A stretch of DNA of 63,671 nt, counting the filler. It is 3 parts of 3 records of this genome, joined end to end, with 100 filler letters (N's around TTAATTAATTAA, not from the genome) between each part and the next. Parts side by side here need not be neighbours in the genome. Positions count along the whole stretch, not along the records: positions 43,144 to 63,671 come from SRR31156797_4150; 2 more parts are not named here. One strand, written 5' to 3'. The position numbers and the translations under genes are program-made. This document shows positions 57,339 to 63,671 of the stretch, in pieces. Position 1 is the first letter of the stretch. Every line of letters begins with the position of its first letter. The notes under the pieces are model-generated. The model ran no database searches. It was not told where the DNA came from and saw nothing but the letters and a program-made list of their open reading frames with translations.

Positions 57339-58778
57339 ATGACACCAAACGCAATAATGAACCTTCTTTCTATCTACCCAGAGGCGATAATGACTATGTT
57401 CGGTCTCGTCCTTGTTGTTCTTGATGTAATGACAAAGGATGAGAAGAAATCTATGGTAGGGTACTTCGGTATCGCTTTCATAGTAATTACTGTACTTATC
57501 TCATGGCCTCCGGTTGGTAAGAAATTCCTCGGTTTCGGCAATATGGTAATGTGGGACTCATACTCCTTTGTATTCTTCCTCATCTTCGGCGTAGCATACA
57601 CACTGACTTCACTCGGTTCTGTAAGCTATCTGAAAGAGAATGGAATCCTCAAAGGTGAGTTCTTCTCAATTATGTTCTTCAGCGTAATTGGTATGATGTT
57701 CATGGTATCCGCATTCGACCTTACAGTGTTCTACGCTGGTATGGAAACAATGGCGATCTCCATGTATGTTCTTGCCGGATTTAATAAAAGATGTGTAAGA
57801 TCAACTGAAGCTGGTATTAAGTACTTTATCATTGGTGCTTTCTCTTCCGGTCTCTTCCTTTACGGTCTTACATTTGTATACGGATCTACAGGCTCCCTTA
57901 ACTACCTCGAGATAGCATCTGCTCTCGCTGGTGACGCTAAAGGGCTTACAACTTTCAAGCTTGGTCTTGTACTTATGCTTGCTGGTTTTGCTTTCAAGAT
58001 TTCTGCTGTACCTTTCCATATGTGGGCTCCTGATGTTTATCAGGGCGCACCGACACCTGCTACAGGTTTCATGACAGTTGCTCCAAAGGCTGCTGCAATG
58101 GGTGCACTCATCAGATTTGCTTGGATCGCACTTGAGCCTGTTGGTGATGTGTGGGCTATGTTCTTCTCAATCCTCGCAGTGATTACAATGACATATGGTA
58201 ACCTCGTTGCTCTTGCACAGAACAACGTTAAGAGAATGCTCGGTTACTCTGCCATTGCACACGCTGGATTCATGTTGATCGGTCTTGTTTCAATGAACCC
58301 TGAAGGCTACCAGTCAGTTGCTCTTTACGCACTGATTTATGCTTTCATGAACATCGGAGCATTTACACTCCTCGGCGTGGTTAAGAACAAAGGTATGATC
58401 GATGACGAGAGACTTGAGAGTTTTGCTGGGCTTTCCAAAAAGAGTCCAATGTTTGCTCTCGGCATGCTTATATTCATGTTCTCTCTTGCTGGTATCCCAC
58501 CACTTGCGGGATTCATCGGTAAATTCCAGATACTCATGGCTGCTATGAAATCCGAGCTTTACTGGCTCGCTATCATCGGTGGTCTTAACAGTGCACTCGC
58601 TTGTTACTACTACATGCGTGTCACAATATTCATGTACTTCAAAGAGCCAGAGTACGAAGTTGAAGCTACTGTTTCACGCTCAGCATTCATTACATCCTTC
58701 ATAGGAGCTGTAATGGTTATCGTGATAGGTTTCTTCCCATCGTTCTTTGTTAACCTTGTGAAGACACTGCTTGTATAG
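57339..58778 (+). CDS. nuoN: NADH-quinone oxidoreductase subunit N
   Basis: EAGIKYF, FK.SAVPFHMWAPDVYQGAPT, SLAGIPP. Confidence 0.98.
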   Translation: MTPNAIMNLLSIYPEAIMTMFGLVLVVLDVMTKDEKKSMVGYFGIAFIVITVLISWPPVGKKFLGFGNMVMWDSYSFVFFLIFGVAYTLTSLGSVSYLKENGILKGEFFSIMFFSVIGMMFMVSAFDLTVFYAGMETMAISMYVLAGFNKRCVRSTEAGIKYFIIGAFSSGLFLYGLTFVYGSTGSLNYLEIASALAGDAKGLTTFKLGLVLMLAGFAFKISAVPFHMWAPDVYQGAPTPATGFMTVAPKAAAMGALIRFAWIALEPVGDVWAMFFSILAVITMTYGNLVALAQNNVKRMLGYSAIAHAGFMLIGLVSMNPEGYQSVALYALIYAFMNIGAFTLLGVVKNKGMIDDERLESFAGLSKKSPMFALGMLIFMFSLAGIPPLAGFIGKFQILMAAMKSELYWLAIIGGLNSALACYYYMRVTIFMYFKEPEYEVEATVSRSAFITSFIGAVMVIVIGFFPSFFVNLVKTLLV

Positions 58779-58787
58779 GAGAGTTAA

Positions 58788-59249
58788 ATGGAAGCAACAG
58801 TTGTAGAGGCTTTGAAAGAAGCCGCACAGAAAGAACAGCTTACATATGACTTCTATGAGAAACTTCTCTCACTTGTAGCCGAACTTAGCTCTAAGGCTAT
58901 TATCAAGGAGCTGATGGATACAAAGCAGAGGTTCAAGAAGGACATAGAAGACTCTATCATGTGTGGATGCCTGGATAAACTGGGGCTTGACTCTACATGT
59001 AAGCTTAGAGACCTTGGAATTGGTAAGACAGGACATTCAGAAGTTGTTACAGCTGATCTGAATGTTCAGGAGCTGCTCCTCATAGCTATCAGGCACGAGG
59101 ACACTTCTATGAAGTTTTATGAGAAGATGTCTGAGAAGTTCACCGGCACAGAAGCTGGTGAGGCTTTCCAGAGACTTGCATACGACGTAGCTTGCCATAA
59201 AAAGGATATACAGTATCTGTACGACGATATTGTAAACCTCGAAAACTAA
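58788..59249 (+). CDS. Ferritin-like / rubrerythrin-family four-helix protein with degenerate metal ligands
   Basis: Duplicated pattern A...E...Y.FY; starts 9 nt after the nuoN stop with an AGGAG RBS. Confidence 0.75.
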   Translation: MEATVVEALKEAAQKEQLTYDFYEKLLSLVAELSSKAIIKELMDTKQRFKKDIEDSIMCGCLDKLGLDSTCKLRDLGIGKTGHSEVVTADLNVQELLLIAIRHEDTSMKFYEKMSEKFTGTEAGEAFQRLAYDVACHKKDIQYLYDDIVNLEN

Positions 59250-59299
59250 ATCTGGGAGAGGTTGGGGCGATAGCTCTGGCTGATCTTAGCAATAGATTT

Positions 59300-59330
59300 A
59301 AAAGGCTGTCCATTTGGGCAGCCTTTTTTT
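59300..59330. terminator. Bidirectional intrinsic terminator closing the nuo operon
   Basis: AAAAGGCTGTCC-attt-GGGCAGCCTTTTTTT. Confidence 0.88.
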
Positions 59331-59339
59331 ATGAGACAA

Positions 59340-60023
59340 TTACTTGCATATTAGTTTATAGAAGGCTGAAACAGAAATTTTTACATCTGATTGGTCAGGC
59401 GGAGTTATATTAATTTTTGCAGACCTGAGAGAACCTGATTCCAAGCGAGGAGCAGAGTAGTTGCTGTTAGTATAGTCTATCAAAGCGAGGGAGCACTCTT
59501 TTTCAGATGCAATACTATAGTCCACTGCTTTAAGTGAGAGGAGTTTAATAATTTCATCTTTTAAGGTGTGCAGCATAGATTCATATGCATCTTCAGACAA
59601 ACGCCAACTTACATTGCTCATAGATATTTTGAAAATATTTGTTTCAGAATTAAGAGAATTAATATCTTCCAGAAAAGAGTTATAATCAGCTATCTTTTTG
59701 AATTTAAAAGGGATTGATAAATAGGCTGTATAGCCTGTCAGGACACGCTCATTGTTAAGGTATTTATAGGTCGGATTAATTCTGTAGCTGTTGTATTCAG
59801 CGATTCCAGAGTAACTCTTAACAATAGAAACTGCCTTCTCAATCCTTGCCGATACAGATTTAAAATCATCATCATCCACAGTGACAGTGACAGTGACTGA
59901 TGAGGTCATGATATCGGGTATGGCAGTTTTAGATGAAGTAATACTGTCTTTGATAATAAGTCTGCCATCAGCAAAAGCGGTGGCTGAAAGTAGTAGAGCA
60001 ATAATAATAAGTAACAGACGCAT
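59340..60023 (-). CDS. Secreted SIMPL/DUF541-like protein
   Basis: Signal peptide MRLLLIIIALLLSATAFA; PD near the N-terminus, INPTYKY...GY pattern. Confidence 0.65.
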   Translation of the reverse strand: MRLLLIIIALLLSATAFADGRLIIKDSITSSKTAIPDIMTSSVTVTVTVDDDDFKSVSARIEKAVSIVKSYSGIAEYNSYRINPTYKYLNNERVLTGYTAYLSIPFKFKKIADYNSFLEDINSLNSETNIFKISMSNVSWRLSEDAYESMLHTLKDEIIKLLSLKAVDYSIASEKECSLALIDYTNSNYSAPRLESGSLRSAKINITPPDQSDVKISVSAFYKLICK

Positions 60024-60030
60024 AATAACC

Positions 60031-60471
60031 TCACTTATATGAACTATCAGAGAATGTATAAGTGACACCATCAGCTTCTATATCACGATAGCCGTTGGTG
60101 ACACTGGTAAGCACTTTAATATTCATAGGTGAGACAAAAGGCTGGGGTGAAAGTTCTAAATAGCTGTATTCCTGTTTGATGAAAGCATGAAGCTTAAACT
60201 TGCCGTCTTTGCTAAATTTATAGTGATTAATTATAGCGAGTATGTCGTATTTTCCGTCATTATTAAGGTCGACAGATGATGTTAAGTAGTCATCTTCAGC
60301 AGGACGTAAAGATGCTGGCATACGGTCTATCTCACGTTGTAAGCTGGGTGTGAATACATGCTGTGAAACAATAGTATTATTATGAACTTGATAAAGTGAA
60401 AGACCACTTTGCTGCATAGTGGGTGCACATGAAATTGTAAAAAGCAAAATGCCGAAGACTAAATAACGCAT
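60031..60471 (-). CDS. Hypothetical lipoprotein
   Basis: Lipobox FTISC; DLNNDGKYD Ca-binding-like loop. Confidence 0.65.
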   Translation of the reverse strand: MRYLVFGILLFTISCAPTMQQSGLSLYQVHNNTIVSQHVFTPSLQREIDRMPASLRPAEDDYLTSSVDLNNDGKYDILAIINHYKFSKDGKFKLHAFIKQEYSYLELSPQPFVSPMNIKVLTSVTNGYRDIEADGVTYTFSDSSYK

Positions 60472-60528
60472 AAGCCCCTCCGTAAGTTTAATATAGGTAA
60501 AACCGACGGAGGAGCAATATATTAATAG

Positions 60529-61053
60529 TTATTCAAGCTTCATGTCATCAGATTCAAGTTCATCAAAAGCGTCGTTAGCACGCTTGTGGGTGAGCTCGTA
60601 AGCGATTTTATCTGAGCGCACCTGCTGATAGGCGATGATGGTATCCTTATCGATACAGCCGCCGACAAAAGCTATGCTGAGTTTCTTTTTGTATTCGATA
60701 CCAGGAAATTTCATATTTTTGCGGATGAAAACAGGAGCATCAGCGTCATTTTTGAACATCATTACAAATTTTTTCTCTTTAGGATCTTTAAGTTTAGAGT
60801 AGTTTTCATAAATGACAGCTTCGATAATGTTAGAGAGTTCAGTCTCCATCTTAGGATAGGTATTAGCCTTCGCCTTATCAACTGCGCCGTAGCCGCCAGT
60901 TTGGTGGTCGTAAACGCAAACCTGCGAAGATGAAGGGTTCATATACCACTTAGGAGCGCCTTCTATATTAACCTTAGACTGCATAAGAACGTAATTTTTG
61001 AAAAGATAAGTAGCAAGAGTTTTCATTAACGCAAGAGCGATACCTTCTATCAT
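60529..61053 (-). CDS. Hypothetical protein
   Basis: 174-aa ORF with a GGGGA-type RBS; APKWY motif reminiscent of LPP20-like proteins. Confidence 0.6.
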   Translation of the reverse strand: MIEGIALALMKTLATYLFKNYVLMQSKVNIEGAPKWYMNPSSSQVCVYDHQTGGYGAVDKAKANTYPKMETELSNIIEAVIYENYSKLKDPKEKKFVMMFKNDADAPVFIRKNMKFPGIEYKKKLSIAFVGGCIDKDTIIAYQQVRSDKIAYELTHKRANDAFDELESDDMKLE

Positions 61054-61115
61054 AACAATTCCCCCGAATTAGTATTATATATAGGATAACACTCAATAAT
61101 GAAAAATGAAGTGAA

Positions 61116-61643
61116 TTATTCCATACCTGTTACAATATAATCGCCTTCAGTAATTCTGCGTTTGATAGATTTTTTAAGGGTATCACGTTTAAAAGAAGGG
61201 ATTCTATCTATGAAAAGCTTACCGTCAAGGTGGTCAATCTCATGCTGGAAAATGCGGGCAAGGAAACCTTCCGCTTCCATAGTATACTCATTCCCTTTTT
61301 CGTCGACAGCTTTAATAGTTACCTTTTCAGCTCTGCGAACAGACTCATATTCACCGGGAACACTGAGGCAGCCTTCCTCGCCGAGTTGTTCACCCTCTTC
61401 AGTGAGTATTTCAGGATTGATCACACGCATCACCATACCGTTATCCTCACCAGCGGATGAGTCTAATACTATGATACGCTTGCTGACTCCAACCTGTGGC
61501 GCAGCGAGACCGACACCGTTCTGGGAGTGCATGGTCTGAACCATATTATCCAGCAGTGCGATAATCTCTTCATTTATATCAGTGACAGGTTTGGCAACTT
61601 TGCGCAAAACTTTGTCAGGGAATGTCTTAACTTCGAGAATCAT
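61116..61643 (-). CDS. def: Peptide deformylase
   Basis: GVGLAAPQVG, EGCLS, QHEIDHLDG. Confidence 0.98.
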   Translation of the reverse strand: MILEVKTFPDKVLRKVAKPVTDINEEIIALLDNMVQTMHSQNGVGLAAPQVGVSKRIIVLDSSAGEDNGMVMRVINPEILTEEGEQLGEEGCLSVPGEYESVRRAEKVTIKAVDEKGNEYTMEAEGFLARIFQHEIDHLDGKLFIDRIPSFKRDTLKKSIKRRITEGDYIVTGME

Positions 61644-61697
61644 GGTTTCCTCCTAAGAGTAAAATAATCATAAATTATAAAATATAAAGTAGATAAA

Positions 61698-62141
61698 TCA
61701 ACAGTTTAAATAGTCATCCAAGGTGTGAACAGTAAAATAAGCGTAAATTGCACGTCTGAAAGGTTCACGAAGGTCAGGGCTGTCTATAGAATCAACAAGT
61801 CTGTCAGCGAGTTTTTTCTCTTTATCTGTCATCTCTTTACGATTTGGGATAGCTTTTGAAGCTTCTGAGGTCGGGCGTGATTTGTAATAGAAGTTGATGT
61901 TTTTAATATTCATGCCGCCAGCATTCAGTCTGCTGATGAACTCACCTTTCATGAAGCCGATCTCAGTGACCCACATCTGATCGTGGACAGCGACATTTAG
62001 TACACCGTCCTTAACAGAACCGGGGGTGGTGATAAATGCGATAGTATCGCCAGTGCAGTCACGCCACAGCTTTTTAACTTTCAGATATGATTGAAAGTTA
62101 GCCGGCATTGAGTTTGGAATTAGATCAGAAAGTTTCTTCAT
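61698..62141 (-). CDS. DUF721 / DciA-family protein
   Basis: W....G..IA....P...KDGVL.V.V....W..E pattern; start MKKLSDLI overlaps the obgE end. Confidence 0.75.
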   Translation of the reverse strand: MKKLSDLIPNSMPANFQSYLKVKKLWRDCTGDTIAFITTPGSVKDGVLNVAVHDQMWVTEIGFMKGEFISRLNAGGMNIKNINFYYKSRPTSEASKAIPNRKEMTDKEKKLADRLVDSIDSPDLREPFRRAIYAYFTVHTLDDYLNC

Positions 62142-63150
62142 CCCCGTCACCAAAGTGTTTAGAAAGCTGGTCGTCAAGATGTTTGATGAGCTCTTCCGTT
62201 CCCTGTTTTGCAATAGAGGAAATTTTGAAAAGCTTAGTGTCCGGGTATTTATCAGCTAAATACTCTTCAAACTCATCAAGCTTTTCCTGATATACAGAGT
62301 CCATCTTAGTTACAGCAATAACCTCAGGCTTAGCTGCAACATCCTCAGAGAATTTAATAAGCTCATTACGGAGTTTTTCATAACGCTCTACCATAGATTC
62401 TTCATCAGATGAATCGATAAGGTGGAGAAGAAGCTTTGTCCTCTCGATATGTCTGAGAAACTGGATACCAAGTCCGATACCTTCGTGTGCGCCCTCTATA
62501 AGTCCGGGCATATCAGCCATTACAAAAGCGTTACCGTATACACCTTTGATAACACCCAGGTTAGGAGTAAGTGTTGTGAAAGGGTAATCAGCAACTTTCG
62601 GCTTAGCAGCGGAGACAGTAGATATGAAGGTGGATTTACCAGCGTTAGGAAATCCGATGATACCAACATCAGCGATAAGCTTAAGCTCGAGTGCGAGCCT
62701 AACTTCCTGACCAGGTTCACCATCGTCCTTACGGCGGGGTGCTCTCTGTGTTGGTGAAACGAAAGCAGCATTGCCTCGTCCGCCACGACCGCCCTTAGCA
62801 ACGATAAGAGTCTCATCCTGCTCGGTAAGGTCAGCTATCTGTTCACCAGTGTCAGCGTTACGCACAATGGTACCGATAGGAACGATAACAATAGCATCCT
62901 CGCCTCTGCGACCGTGCATGTCTTTACCTTTTCCGTGTACGCCTCGTTCCGCTTTTCTATGATAGATGTATCGTACGTCCATAAGTGTGTGCTTAGTGCT
63001 GTCAGCTCTGAGTACAACATTGCCGCCAGCTCCGCCGTTACCGCCGTCTGGTCCGCCCCTAGGGACAAACTTTTCTCTGCGGAAGCTCATACATCCGTCA
63101 CCGCCTTTTCCGGCGATAGCCAATATCTCACAGGTATCTATAAATTTCAT
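62125..63150 (-). CDS. obgE: GTPase ObgE/CgtA
   Basis: FRREKFVPRGGPDGGNGG, GFPNAGKST, YPFTTL.PNLG, DMPGLIEGA, TKMD. Confidence 0.98.
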   Translation of the reverse strand: MKFIDTCEILAIAGKGGDGCMSFRREKFVPRGGPDGGNGGAGGNVVLRADSTKHTLMDVRYIYHRKAERGVHGKGKDMHGRRGEDAIVIVPIGTIVRNADTGEQIADLTEQDETLIVAKGGRGGRGNAAFVSPTQRAPRRKDDGEPGQEVRLALELKLIADVGIIGFPNAGKSTFISTVSAAKPKVADYPFTTLTPNLGVIKGVYGNAFVMADMPGLIEGAHEGIGLGIQFLRHIERTKLLLHLIDSSDEESMVERYEKLRNELIKFSEDVAAKPEVIAVTKMDSVYQEKLDEFEEYLADKYPDTKLFKISSIAKQGTEELIKHLDDQLSKHFGDGDEETF

Positions 63151-63332
63151 ATCATCTCAATTTGCGTTATCAAGCACAGAGTGCTCTCAGACGCTGTTAA
63201 TTTCTTAAATGGTACTAGCCGAAGGATGAACGAGACAACAGTGTTGAGAAACGAAATCAAAACACTGAAGCGTCCAAGGTACGGCTACTTATTTTGGTGT
63301 CAAAAGCGACAAAAATGCAGCAGACACCACAT

Positions 63333-63341
63333 ATTATAGCA
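63333..63341 (-). promoter_or_regulatory. Extended -10 promoter for obgE
   Basis: Minus strand TGCTATAAT, an exact TGnTATAAT. Confidence 0.7.
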
Positions 63342-63345
63342 CAAT

Positions 63346-63372
63346 AAAAAAGCCCACCAAAGGTGAGCCTTT
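63346..63372 (-). terminator. Intrinsic terminator of rpmA
   Basis: Minus strand AAAGGCTCACC-ttt-GGTGGGCTTTTTT. Confidence 0.8.
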
Positions 63373-63407
63373 AAATTTCATATTCGATTGAGAAGAAGTT
63401 ATTAAAC

Positions 63408-63668
63408 TTACACTCTCTCTTCTACGATGTTAACGAATTTACCTTTGGTGCCTCTGTCCTGAAATTTAACAAATCCAGGTGTGAGAGCGAAGAGTGTATC
63501 GTCGTTACCACGGCCGACATTTACGCCAGCTTTGATTTTTGTACCACGCTGTCTAACAATAATGTTACCTGCGAGCACTTCTTCACCATCGTACTTTTTA
63601 ACGCCGAGGCGTTTAGAGTTCGAATCTCTTCCGTTTCTGGTACTACCACCAGCTTTTTTATGAGCCAT
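63408..63668 (-). CDS. rpmA: 50S ribosomal protein L27
   Basis: [23 protein letters not shown]. Confidence 0.99.
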   Translation of the reverse strand: MAHKKAGGSTRNGRDSNSKRLGVKKYDGEEVLAGNIIVRQRGTKIKAGVNVGRGNDDTLFALTPGFVKFQDRGTKGKFVNIVEERV

Positions 63669-63671
63669 TGT

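Overview
The window is not one locus. It holds three unrelated contigs joined by two identical 100-bp artificial spacers (44 N + TTAATTAATTAA + 44 N at 25354-25453 and 43044-43143). Segment 1 (1-25353) is AT-rich Bacteroidota, inferred from gldA, the long-form IspG and TAnnTTTG promoters. It is mostly housekeeping (dnaG, spmAB-like, pdxH, gldA, ispG, asnS, rpoN, trxA, partial dnaE) and includes a nucleosidase-DUF985 cupin fusion. Segment 2 (25454-43043) is probably a free-living spirochaete. Its highlight is a soluble histidine kinase whose N-terminal input is a whole sugar-ABC (CUT2/MglA-type) ATPase domain followed by PAS. The kinase gene is translationally coupled to a sigma54 response regulator. 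Two palindromic enhancer sites and a consensus -24/-12 promoter lie before a divergent sugar ABC transporter and a probable tetritol (D-threitol-type) catabolic operon. The GC-richer part of this contig carries an inositol monophosphatase, asnS, an RlmN-like enzyme, PanE-like and PdxK-like enzymes, a J-domain protein with four MshEN-like repeats, and folE; several of these genes look leaderless. Segment 3 (43144-63671) is tentatively Deferribacterales-like. It has rluD and a complete nuoA-N operon whose NuoF has the long HydB/BfuB (bifurcating-type) architecture, followed by a degenerate ferritin-like gene, then def, a DciA-like gene, obgE with a long structured leader, and rpmA. No rRNA, tRNA, CRISPR array or transposase was recognised. 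All calls come from motif recognition by eye; no searches were run.
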